64,000 bases of DNA, taken from the NCBI RefSeq assembly GCF_032062105.1, contig NW_026927571.1, forward strand, positions 1 to 64,000, given 5' to 3'. A program made the translations under genes and the position numbers. Of this stretch, positions 45,238 through 57,677 are shown one piece after another (the first letter of the stretch is position 1; each line of letters opens with the position of its first letter). The notes beneath the pieces were generated by a model. It was not told the DNA's origin, did not search any database, and saw nothing but the letters and a program-made list of their open reading frames with translations. The stretch is from Saccostrea cucullata (taxonomy: Eukaryota).

Positions 45238-47531
45238 GTTTTTGTTTTTGTTTTTATTTCCCGCAATTTTTCATAGGCGGTGTTCTGTCGATGCGTACAT
45301 AAACCAATTCGTACACGAAACATCTCGTTCAAAAGATGTCTCTTCAAAATCGTTTTTCTTCTTTTTGTACATTGAAAAAAATTTGAAAATTCTTTTTATA
45401 CATACTGAGTAATATGATAAATTATCAAACCGTGGACGGATTGGTTTTGATGTTATATAATTAAGAACAAACACAAATAAATTAAAATTGACAAAAACAA
45501 ATCGTTGAAACGCAATAATTTACTCTTTTGGGATCGACATCTCTTATGCTATTATTATACATCACTCAGCCAAAGTCGTCCAGGCCACCATTAAAAAATT
45601 GTTTGCATGCATGGTTGTCCTTTCCCAACCGACTGACTGAAAATGGCTCGATTCAAAACCTTCTTTTTTTACATTCGAGGACACGATTTTTTTTCTTCTT
45701 TTTATTCCTCATACCCCGTCAACAAAATATATGTTGAAATTTTCTGGAATTTTTTTTTTTCCCCACCTACCTTCCAACCCAGTAATTTTCCCTGAGTCGG
45801 GAGAGGGCAAGCAAACATTATTTTAAAGATGACCCATGAAATTCTTAGAATTCTTAAAAAAAATTATGTACTAATTTGGCTGGTTGATGTCCTTTTTTCA
45901 CACACACATGCACAAATTTAGACATTTGATGCCCAAAAGGAAGTTACTTTCTTTCAACCTATGATGTTTTGGGTTAATCTTTGGCTTTGTTATTTCAAGT
46001 TGGACTTTTTTAATTGGCTAAATTACTGTAAAATACTTTGGATTCACTAGAGACGATAAAATATGGTTAAACATGGTCTCCAAACTATTTGTCTGCATAA
46101 AATAATCCCACCATACTTAAGGCATATGTTGGGGTTGTTTTTTTTTTTTGTATTTTCTTTTTTACCCACAATTAATATGCCAGTTTCTCATTCGGTAGAT
46201 CGAGGGCCTGGCTAGTGATACAGGGGTCAGGGTTCATTCGACAGTTTTGACTCCCGGTTTGGACAGCAATACATGCATATTTTCTCCTTTCTTGTTAAAA
46301 TATACATGTACCCATTATGTCCCCGAAAACTATTTTCATCGCACAGCTTGTGTGCCCAGAATGTCAGTGTCAATTAAGGACAGATGATACAAACAAAATT
46401 TTGTCAAGACAATTGAAAATTACAACTTGAGTAATGTTTTAATGAGTAAAATGAACAAGTTTCACTGCGTGGTTTTTAATTTTTTCATTCAATGTTTCTA
46501 AATGGAATTTGAGCTAAAAATCATTTGTATAGATTAATTAGGGTGGTTGCAGAAAGGTAAAATTTTGAATATCAAAGAAGGTTTACAATTTCTTTATATT
46601 TTACAAATTTGTTATTAGGACACACCAATTTAATTTCTTGTTCGTCGGACATTTGATGAAAAAAAGTACGATAATAATAATATTATTACGATATTAGTAC
46701 GATAATAATAATATTATTACTTTTGTGGGCGACATTTTTAGGCGGATCGTGAAAAAAAATGAGTGGACAATTAATTTTTTCTGATTTTCAGAGTAAGCCG
46801 ATTAAAATACGATAAATAGAGCGGAAATAAAACAGAAAATAGCACAGAATCCCCATGGTGCGGGAAATTTAAATTAATATTATTTTCAAAGTTTTGTTTA
46901 AATTCGATCGAGCGCACGGGTCCGACGAACAAAAAATTTTTTTGGTGTGGCCTAACATCATTTGCAACAAAAATAGGCCCCCCAAAAAATATACCAATCC
47001 AGACATCCAATTTTTTTGTTTGTATCATCTGTCCTTAACTTTACGTTTGCTAAATAACAACAGATCTAGAAACAAATTAATTTTATTTTCATTTTCGCAG
47101 TGATTACTTTCTTCAGTAATATATCTTTATATAAATCAAAGATTGGGGGGGGGGGGGGGGGTAGTGTTTGCCCTGTCCGCCTGTCTGTCTGTTGTAGTTG
47201 TCTATCTGGCCGAAAAAACTTAAACTTGCATTTTTCATGTTTCCTTGAATGAATTTTACGGCATGGCAGTATCTTTTTTAGCAGAATCTAGAGACATGAT
47301 CTGATGTTGTTTTTTCTCTGCTTCTGAATCTTATGACTAACGCACATTTGCATTTTATTTGCAAATGCTCGGTTACTCTCTAGCTCCGATGATCTTGACT
47401 GCTAAGAAAAATTCAAACGAAGTAAACATTCAGGTAACATCACTTTAATGTGGCATATTTTAAAACTGTTCAATAATTTAAAAAAAAAACAACTGCTACA
47501 GCAAAGTTCATGTTCACTATGGCCCAATGTT

Positions 47532-48667
47532 TTATCTTCTATATCTACGGCTCTGTGGTGCTTTGTGGGTTTGGCTCTCCATGCTGTTCAATCTGAAATC
47601 AAATTATAAAATGTCATTAATCTGTATATTTTTTTTGGGGGGGGGGGGGCATTAGCAAATGAAACAAAAATACTGGGTAAAATAATTGTTTAATGTTTAT
47701 GGTACCTGATGCTGAACATGTCGGTGTGGAAATTCAGCCACTTGCCCAGGCTATGCTGTTCCTGGGATAGGGCGCTCAATTTCAAAGCTGCAATGAAATA
47801 TGCAAGTGATAATAATAAAACGTAAAGTAAAATTCAATTCAATGTTATGGAATAATGATTATTTTATGTACAAGAACTTCTTTGGGCAAGAGTCCTACTT
47901 ACCTAATAGTTTCTCGGCTTCCTCGGCATCGTTCATAAGAGCTGTTAAAATTAGCCTCATCTGCACGTTTTCTGAAAATGTAATCAAGGAAAATTTAACC
48001 ATAAATTTCCTTTTGGTTCAGATAAAATATGAAAAGCCTCCGTAAAATGGCAAATACAACAGGAAGTACAAAGAAACAAACAAAATTAACCTTCTGCAAG
48101 ATCTGCCATTTTTCCTCTTAGGTCTTGCAGTGTAGTGTTGAACTGACGAACAAACTGAGCACAACCAACAAACGAAACAACAGAGAGCAGAAAGGCCAGA
48201 AAGAAGAGCAGATCTGTTGCCGAGAAGAAAGACAGAGCAGCAGCAGAGGTGGTTGTGGTAAAGCTGTAAACACTGTCACCGAGCGACAACAGCTCACGCT
48301 AAGAGAAAGTTAAGAAAGAGAGAGAAAGTTTATAGAGACTGAATGCTAGAACACAAACACAATAAAAGGAAAGAACACTGAATGCATAAAAAATTCATTA
48401 AATTCCAGTTAGCAACTTACCCCTAATGTGGCACCCGTCTCCTCACTAAACTGCCATACATCACTACCCAACCTGTAAACAAAACAAAACGTGTTGCTAA
48501 AGACGCTCTTTTGTAAAGCAACAAATAATTTAACGTTATATTTATTAAAACATTTTATATCAATATTAAGTTACTCACTCAAATATGTCTAGATGCAGGG
48601 CCCGGCCTGTTGTTGACAGAAATGTGCCAAGAATGGCGGCAGATCTGATGATCTTGGAGGTTCTCAT
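47532..48667 (-). CDS. Uncharacterised 186-aa protein: N-terminal targeting-like peptide, one TM helix, coiled-coil-like C-terminus
   Basis: Six GT-AG exons (48667-48579, 48472-48421, 48298-48091, 47971-47903, 47787-47706, 47592-47532) join in phase, 561 nt, ending in TAA. TM segment LLFFLAFLLSVVSFVGCAQFV. Confidence 0.75.
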
Positions 48668-48759
48668 TTTGCGTCTCTCTCTCTCAATGCGTTAAATGCA
48701 ACTGATGCTGAATCCTAGAGCTCTCGTGCTTATATGCTTTTTTCGGGAATATGCATGCT

Positions 48760-48852
48760 GCCGATTGGCTTAATTTTGCTCGTGCTGATTGGTTCTCAAA
48801 AGGTGAATTATCCAATGAGCTAAGAGCTCCAAAACGTTGTACTCACGTCATA
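48760..48852. promoter_or_regulatory. CCAAT-box cluster plus CRE-like site upstream of the orphan gene
   Basis: GATTGG at ~48763 and ~48787, CCAAT at ~48812, TCACGTCA at ~48843; 100-180 bp upstream of the ATG. Confidence 0.45.
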
Positions 48853-51800
48853 AAACAAGATGGTGTTCGGTTTTGTGCTTTGTGATCTACAATGTTTTGT
48901 CAATAACGTTAAGTTATACAAAATTCATCATGTATGATTGCGTTAACTGGAATCGTTTATTGATCATTTGTTTGAGTACACATGTGGAACAAGCAAACAT
49001 CATGCTTTTGTCTATAAAATTTTATAAAACAACTGCCCAAGTGACCCACAGAAACCTTTTTGCAATATTTGGGAAAGATTCCTGTATAAGTCTTATAAAT
49101 TACTATTAATTCTTTGTCATGTACTTATCAAATGCAACTTAAAAAACAATATTTTACAAAATTTTAACAGTTTTATTCAAAATTGTTTTTATTATTAACA
49201 TATTGCTCTTCCATTGAAGAACACGAGTAGGCTTGAATTAGGCCTAGATGTCGGAATTACAAATGGCCAGTTATCTTTTTGAATAAAAACTAATCCAAAC
49301 ATGTTCTTTCAACATGGGGAGTAAAAATCCATATGCATATACACGGTATTTGATGTATGTTATGTAAAAATCCGTGTTCAACGTTTTGTTTACAAATGTG
49401 TTACTATGACGTCATGACATCATTGATTCTGGCGGAATATTGCATAAAGTAGGCCTAAGTGATTTTTTCAGGTTCAAGAACATGTGATATTAAAAGTTAT
49501 TCCATTGTTTTCTATTGAAAATCGCATAGCATGTGTAAGGAAGGCGTATGCTTCACCGTCGAAAAGGCACATTTTATGAATGTCAATTGCAAAAGTTCGT
49601 TATCTTCATCGCAATGGTCCTGCAGATTTAGGCCCCCATATCTATATAGCCCTAGAGCCTGATTAAAACTCATTACATACAGAACTTTCTTTTTTCCTTA
49701 ATTTTACACACCTTTTATAACTTTAATGCAAAATTCTTGAATTTTTTTTCACATAGATCGCTACACAAGGTGTAGCGATCTATGTGAGCGGATCCTTTGT
49801 GTAGTGATCTATGTGAGCGGATCAAAGGATCTGATTTTAATCAGATTGTCCATAAAAATCACACTTTTTAAGAAAGCCGCCATCATAAAGTAGTCGGGTG
49901 AAACACAATATAGGGCGCATTTAGAATACCACATTGTTATATGATTTTAAGAAATGTTATTTTCTTTACATGCAATTTATTGTAATTCATTTATAGGAAT
50001 ACTTATAAAGGACTTGTGTGCAAAATTTTGTTGATCTAGCCTTAACAGAATTTAAGTAAATGCAAAAAATGTACCCCAAAAATGACTATTTTTCAGCGTT
50101 ATGCGGTTGCGCTTTGAAATTACAACATTTTTCAATTGAAATAATTTTAAATATCATATATTTTCATGCCAGTGATCATTATCAGACTTTAGAATTTATT
50201 TTACAAATTATTTTGATGCTTGAATTTTCAGAATTGAATAACAACTTTTGAAGATATGAAAGAAAATGTACACAATGTTTACATTTTTCCATAATTTTAC
50301 ATTATGCCAAATAAAAATAATGTCCATATTATTTAATTTTTACTAAAAACACAGTAATAACTTTACTTACGTTATGTAACCATTGTAAAGAAATTTCATG
50401 ATGTTTTAATGTGGAAAAAAGTTTTTACAAAAAAAGCCGTAACCATTTTTAAGGCATATTATAACAAAGTAGAGGCATTTAATGTAGATGCTGACATGTG
50501 TTGTAATTTTTATCATCAATGTTTCTCTATTATGATCTTAACTTTTTTAAAAATACAGCCTTTTTTAAGTAATACAAGAATGTTAATAAGTTGATTATCA
50601 TAAAGATCGTATTTTATCAAAGACACAATAAAATCAGACCTTTTGTTTTGATGAATAAATACTTGTATAGTGTACTAACCCAAAAGTTTGAATATGTTTA
50701 CTAAAATTTACAGATAAATTTTTGAACCAGATAAAAAGGTGTTTATTGGCTGGAATTCTTTTAGATTAGGTGTTTTTTTCTTTACTGCTAGTTCTTAAAA
50801 TAATGACTGGACACCCAAAATGACATAAAATTAGTAAGCACTATAATATACTGAATGCCTTTAAATGAAAGTTAAATGCAAGTAAATTTGCATTCAAAAT
50901 GTTAAACATAAATATTAGCTACAAAAAATTTAAAAAAAGAAAACAACTAAAATTACACCAACACATTGTATATTTAACCCCTAGAATAAAAAAATAAATT
51001 AAAGAAATATGTCATTAAAGGGAAATTGCTGTATAAAGTTACATGTGTATCAACTAAAAGTTTGTCAGAAACCTAGTGCAAAGTCAGCTGTCAAGAAAAA
51101 TTTATATTGTTTTGTTTAAGTTGTTCTCTCTTGTCTAATAGTTTTCATAAAACTTTAATGAATTAGTGAACTTTTCTTTTGCACTTCAATTATATAGTTA
51201 TGTGAAAAAAGGAAGTTTCAGGATTTCTTAAACCCATCCCGAGTGAATTGCTTTAAAATTACATACATTGTATAAATTTTAAAAGTCAGAAGTTTATAAA
51301 ATGTTTTTTTTTTTAACAAACCAAAAGCCAATAACAAATAAAGAAGAAGTTTTTATAATGTTGATATATCGGCAAAAGGCTTAGACTAAGGAATTTTATC
51401 AATAAATATAAAAATTTAAGAAGGGTTTGACAAGCATGTAAGAAAACTTTAAAAATCAAATATACATAGTTTTAATGAGGAGTAAGAAAATGTCATTTTT
51501 TCGAAAATATTGCAATACATATCGCAATACAGGGAGGGGTGAAATCTGGCCAATCTCTTTTATATTTCAAATCAGCTTATTTATATTGGTTTCATAAATT
51601 GAAAGCCATTTTAAACAAAAATGAACTGAACTGTTTTCATTTTAAAGTAGATGCAACCTTTTTTTATGTCCATATTTGTATTTTTATGTGTTAATTTGTT
51701 TGTTTGGACAGTTGAAAAAATTAAAGTTTATTAATTTCAATATTTATTTCAAAAACAACAACACTTGTAGTGTCCGAAAAATTATCATTTGTAAAAAACA

Positions 51801-52342
51801 AAGTTCTAATGTGAATTTCACAAAACCGTTTATGTTGCAGATCCTTGAGATAATCTACTTTTTAGAGAAACAAATTTTGGGCCAAAATAAAGACATTAAG
51901 TTTTTACCCTCAAGTGCAACCTTACTGTCCCCTTTATTGTGTTTCACCCGTAGTGCATTTGGCGGAATTATTTGAATGTTAATTCTGTGGTTTTTAACAA
52001 ATACTGTCTATTATTATTCAATGTAAGCAAGTTAATGAGTTGATTATCACATAGGTCTTATTTTATCATAGACAAAAAGACAGCACATCGACGAATATAG
52101 ACCCTCTCTTATATCAGCAATCCTGGTATGTCAGGTACGAGCCATCCGAGGAACTCCGAGTGCTATCCTGTAGTGAGTTTTCATGATTTTGACTTTCAGC
52201 AGCATTGTATGCCTGCCAAAAATTCTTAATTATAGGATATTTAAAAAACAATTTTGAAAACTGTTTGCAAAGGATTTTGAAAAACGCTTGATGTAAAGTT
52301 AGATGTATGTCGCTTTTGGGGAGTGGACAGGGATGATCGTGT

Positions 52343-52628
52343 CATAGGCGTTTGGTTTCAGGATGGTGTATTTTGTGTATTATGTGTATTTCTATGTGTG
52401 TCTGAATACCCTCATCAAAATAAAAATAAATATTCGCTGAAATTAGCACGTTTTAAAAATGTCATATTTACTGTACACAATTGTATATAAAAAGAAGACA
52501 GTAAATATGACATTTTTAAAACGTGCTAATTTCAGCGAATTTTTATTTTTATTTTGATAAGGGTATTCAGACACACATAGAAAAACACATAATACACAAA
52601 ATACACCATCCTGAACCAAGCGCCTATG
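52343..52628. mobile_element. Foldback MITE (~130-bp inverted arms, ~23-nt spacer)
   Basis: CATAGGCG...CATATTTACTGT / ACAGTAAATATG...CGCCTATG; near-perfect inverted repeat. Imperfect 8-bp flanks GATCGTGT/TATCGTAT. Confidence 0.85.
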
Positions 52629-53849
52629 TATCGTATTTGTGATCTTTGTTCCTCTAACAAAATAATCCCACTACGTTTTAGAATGTGCTTTTCTCACGAG
52701 AGAACGAAAAAAAAAACTGGTTCCAAATATTTTTTTATGCTAACCCTAACGTCATCGAATTTCATGACTTATTAAATTGTAAGGATACTTCTAAGTCATT
52801 TTTGGACTTACCAAATTTTGTAAAATGTTATTGTCAGTAATAAATTGATACATGTAATAGCAAAACTACTGTGTAACAAATATTTTAATACATATATTTT
52901 ATTTTGTATAAGCAGAGGGGTACTTTAATGTTTTGAAGTATACATGTGCATTGTAAATAACATTAGTTCCACTCATTCATTCATGCATTCTTGTTTATAT
53001 GTTAAAATTTTGTATTATTTGTATTCATATCCTCCAGTTGGGGTCTTCGTCTTAAATAAAAACTTGAAACTCTAAGCACTTAGACTGGGTGCCTTAGATG
53101 ACAAATTAGAATAAAACAAAAATCTTTAACTAAATGAGTGGTGTCTTACACAGTCTCCAAACTTAAATGTCATTTTAAGGGAAATTTCAGTCACTGGTCA
53201 TATCTTAAAGTATATAATGTACCTTGCTTATGACACAGGTTTACTTTTAAAGAATAACCGGGGGGGGGGGGGGGGGATGTTCATAATTTATATTTAATCT
53301 TTTTTTTAATATGCCTATTTTGTTTAAAATAAAATTTATCAATTCAAAATTAAATTAAATTATAAATTTATTCCCACTGTCCCAATCATCAATCTTTAAA
53401 GTACATAACCATCCAAACTCCAATTCTACTTTGCGGGTGAAACGGGGATAGAAGTTAATAGACATTCTGTTTTCAAAACAAAAACAATTGTGGATAAATA
53501 ATTATATACATTTGTTCTATGATGGTGAGGGCCATAGGAAGATTTATTCAGCAAAGAAAAAATCAAAAATTTATGAATATGCAAACAACCATTCAACGGG
53601 TGAAAGATAAAAACATAACACAAATTTTCCATAAAATTTATTGCAAATAAATCATTTTCACCACTTACGAAAAAAAAAATGCAATTGGTGAAATGGTGAA
53701 TCACAGTTCAAGCACTGCCATAATCATAAATATGAGTAAGCTGCAAAGCTCAAGAATATTTCTCGCACACAAATAAAAGCTGCTTTACAGTATACAACTT
53801 CCATAAAAATGAAAATCTCCTTTAATCCACTGCATCATATTTTTGAATA

Positions 53850-54953
53850 TCACATTGTTGTGGATGATGGTATACCCTCCTGATCTTGTTCTTTTATGAC
53901 TGGGTAGAAATATGCATGATCCATTGCCTCCCTTGCAGTTAGTCTTTCTTGGTGATCATAACATAAAAGTCTGTTTAAAAGTTCTAATGCTTCTACACTC
54001 ACTAAATGCTGATTTTTACTGTTTACAAATTTTTCCAGTTTTTTTCTAACATGTGGTATCCTCTTAAGATCATTTCCTGAGATAGATTTTACATGTATTT
54101 GATATTTCCTTACGTACGAATTGAGATCATCAATTCCTAGAACTCTTAGGATTTGAAACAGCTGGTCGGAATTGTTGAGTCCATGAAAAAATGGGGTTTT
54201 CATAAATATCATCTGAGCAAGAATACACCCAACACTCCACATATCCAAAGAGTAATCATACATTTTATGACCTAGTAAAAGTTCTGGTCCTTTGAAGTAC
54301 CTTGAGGCAACTCGAACATTATACGCCATGTGCGGATGGTAAAATTCTGCAAGTCCCCAATCCGTTAAGCGTAGTTTTCTGTTTTCATGATCGATCATGA
54401 TATTTGCTGGTTTTACATCTCTGTGCATAATTCCCATTTGATGACTATAGTCCAATGCTTTCAGTAATTCATAGAGGTAAAATCTTACATCATAGTCTGA
54501 AAATTCTAGATACAAGGTTTTAAAGTATCTATTATTCACATATTCCAACACAAGAGCTGGTGTTCTTGAAACAGGGTCTTTCACCATGTCCAGCAACGAG
54601 ATTATATTTGGTCCTCCTCGTAGGTTTTCCAAAATCTTTACTTCTCTTCTTATTCTCTTCTTCTTCACAGGCTTCAAAATTTTAATGACACATTTTTCAT
54701 TGTTTCTGGTATTTGTTGCTTCAAACACCTCACTGTATCTACCACTCCCCAATTTTTCTCCAACTTTGTAATCTTCAAAGCGACCCCATTTCATAGGATG
54801 AGCGTCATAATCCCAGTACTCTTTTGGTTTGTGTGTATTTACGTCTGCATAAACATGCTTTCTCTTTTCAACAGGCACAGTCCATGCAGTCGTGAAAAAT
54901 CTCTTCGCCTGAGTTCCAGAACAAAAGATGGATTTATCGAGGTTTCTAACCAT
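53850..54953 (-). CDS. CSNK2A1-like: Casein kinase II catalytic (alpha) subunit, intronless divergent paralogue, ~367 aa
   Basis: [51 protein letters not shown]2-specific DWG and [14 protein letters not shown]; single uninterrupted ORF. Confidence 0.93.
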   Translation of the reverse strand: MVRNLDKSIFCSGTQAKRFFTTAWTVPVEKRKHVYADVNTHKPKEYWDYDAHPMKWGRFEDYKVGEKLGSGRYSEVFEATNTRNNEKCVIKILKPVKKKRIRREVKILENLRGGPNIISLLDMVKDPVSRTPALVLEYVNNRYFKTLYLEFSDYDVRFYLYELLKALDYSHQMGIMHRDVKPANIMIDHENRKLRLTDWGLAEFYHPHMAYNVRVASRYFKGPELLLGHKMYDYSLDMWSVGCILAQMIFMKTPFFHGLNNSDQLFQILRVLGIDDLNSYVRKYQIHVKSISGNDLKRIPHVRKKLEKFVNSKNQHLVSVEALELLNRLLCYDHQERLTAREAMDHAYFYPVIKEQDQEGIPSSTTM

Positions 54954-55584
54954 GCAAAACATTTTGACTTTTGCTTAGATAAAGAAATTCTCCTGTTTTA
55001 ATTGTTTGTACACGGAAGTAAAACAAGCATTTTACCGACAAATGTCAAATCCAAATTTCAATACTGGAAACTGAATATTGACGCTAAATGGAGAACCAAA
55101 AACGAGGAACTAATTTAATCTGGTTATATCAATGAGTGATGACAGTGTAAAAAAAAATTCTCGCAGGCACCAAAAGTAAAATTATTTGAAAACGTTTTGA
55201 GTGTTTTATTCATATAAATTAGTTTTTGACCTTCATGTTCAATTTCATGAATTTCTGAAATCAAAGTCAAAGAGGTTCTTTTTTTAACACCCCCTCCCAA
55301 CCTTCCGATATTCAACCCCAGGGCTTGTTGGACATTTATTCGCAAACAATATTTATTACACTTATTCATTGTGTATACCATAGGAAAAAATCGTCAAAAC
55401 CCCCAAATAAACGATTCATCAAAAAATACCCCACTTATACATCATACATTATCATTTGGAATACCGCTTTCATCTCTGAAAAATCATGCAAAATTAGCTC
55501 TGCAAATATTTCTTAAACTTTTTCATATAAAATCTTCCCAAAAAGTCGTAGCAAGGAGCATATATTACCACCTTTCTCTAACGT

Positions 55585-55955
55585 TTATCTCTCCTCTCCT
55601 GCCAAATTTCTCTGTCCTCTTCCCTCTTACCCCTTCTCATCTCTCTCATTAACCCCCCTCTCTTTTCTCCTTTCCTCTCTCACATCTCAACCACTCTCAC
55701 ACCCCTCACTCTCACTGTCTCCCCTTTCTCACGCTCACCCCTCACTATCTCGATCTCTACTTCCTCTCCCCTCACCCTCCCACCTTCTCTACCTCTCTCA
55801 CCCTCACTCTCATCTCTTCCACCCATCAGCCTTCCTTAAATTCTCTCTGGTCCCACACTCTCCTTTTCTCCACTCTCAAGATTTCACCCATCTCTCTCTC
55901 CTTTATTTCACTCCACACTCTCTCTCACCTATCTCACCCTCTCTCCTGTCCTATC

Positions 55956-56028
<73 letters not shown>
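55585..56028. repeat. CT-rich low-complexity tract ending in a (CT)n microsatellite
   Basis: Imperfect CT/CA tract, then perfect (CT)n at ~55963-56028. Confidence 0.9.
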
Positions 56029-56029
<1 letters not shown>

Positions 56030-57677
56030 ATATCAAATCATGATTATTTATTGTTCGCCATGGCAATAAAAGAAAGTTTTTTTTGTTAATTACAGATATA
56101 TACATGTACTTTATTACCCCATCATTATGAATCCTAAACATTTCACAGAGTTAGAATATGAAACAGTTTAATATGCCGATTATGAAAAAAATATATATGT
56201 AAGAACAATGATAAAATGTTTCTACCAATGTCCTCAGGTTAAAAAAATGCTAAAACAAGAAAAATCTTACCATGGACCCCCCTGGAAAACGCTGACCCCC
56301 CTGGTAAACGCTAAATTTTGTCACATATTACTAGGCGAGTTTATGTTTTTTTTTTTGTTTTTTGTTTTTTTTATTTTAATATTTGGAAAAAATCTATCCG
56401 CGCCTGATTTTCGCATTAAATTCCTTGTGTTACACAGTGCTAAACAGGCAGCTTTACTACAGTTAGAACATTTTAGTATAATAATCATAAAAAATTCAAA
56501 CTGAACATGCCCTAATCATGAAATTTTGTCACATATTACTAGTACATTTTAATATTTATCTACTCCTGATTACAAGCTGCAGCTTTACTCGTATAATAAT
56601 CTAAAAATCTAGAACATGCCCTAATCATGAAATGCATCAAGTTCACGTGTCCTCGCGTTTTTTTTTAATCTGTATACTATAATAAATCTTTAAAAAATAT
56701 AATTCTATCAATATCAGCCGATCAGCTTGTATTACATTCACTCGAGATAGCTCTGCACCCACCCAGACCCCCCCCCCCCCCCCAAAAAAAAAAAAAAACT
56801 AGAACATGGTTTATCCACACAAAACTATCAGTTGTTTTCGTTGTGTGTGTTTTACGTCTAAATATTAGCGTACCCGTCGATAATATATTTATTTAGCTCT
56901 CGACATACACAAGAAACTGTTCTGAGATTAAAGGTTTATCAGTTTTGGTCAACATTAAAGCTGTACAAAGTTCATGATGTGTTTTTCCCGTAAAGACGAA
57001 AACAACCCTTCGATTTGATTGTTTTTTCATTCGTCAAATAATTAAGGGACCCACACCCCCACACTAGCATTCATTTAAGATGATATTGATTATTTTAACT
57101 TTTGCAATCTGCAACGATAATTTCAAAACGATCACACGTGGAATCTAGATATAAACAAACACATTCAATCAATGAAATCGAATGTGTATTGCCATTAATT
57201 TTAAGATACAAGTGTAATAGTATTTCATGGAAGGCAAACGACAAGCGCATTAGGCTAAGGGTAAGCATGCAAAGAGAGAGAGAGAGAGAGATGTACGGCA
57301 ATGTGCACTCGTAAATAAAATAGAAAAAAACATCTATCTCTCTAACTCAAACCAGACACGGTCACTGTCCCTAAGTCAACCTTAAGTCACATCAATGATC
57401 GTTGTACATGTATTAAACGTCCTGAGGTGTACTTGATTCATGCATGGGTATATATAACACATTATAAAACTAAAACATACACTTAAACTAAGTCAACACA
57501 AAGGATAAGGAAATCAAATATGCGCCTTTTATTTACAATATTAAGTTATTTTGAATTATTGCGGGACTTTAATCTCTTTTCGTCACCCGGGCCATAAGAT
57601 CATGGTGAAGAGGTACACATGGTACACACGTGGTTTTACTAAAGTAGTCTAATACCGCGTTGTTCGCAGTGCATGAA

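Noticed and set aside
49240-51930. Long AT-rich stretch, possibly DNA-transposon remnants
   Set aside because: Could not identify convincing paired TIRs, a TSD or transposase coding remnants.
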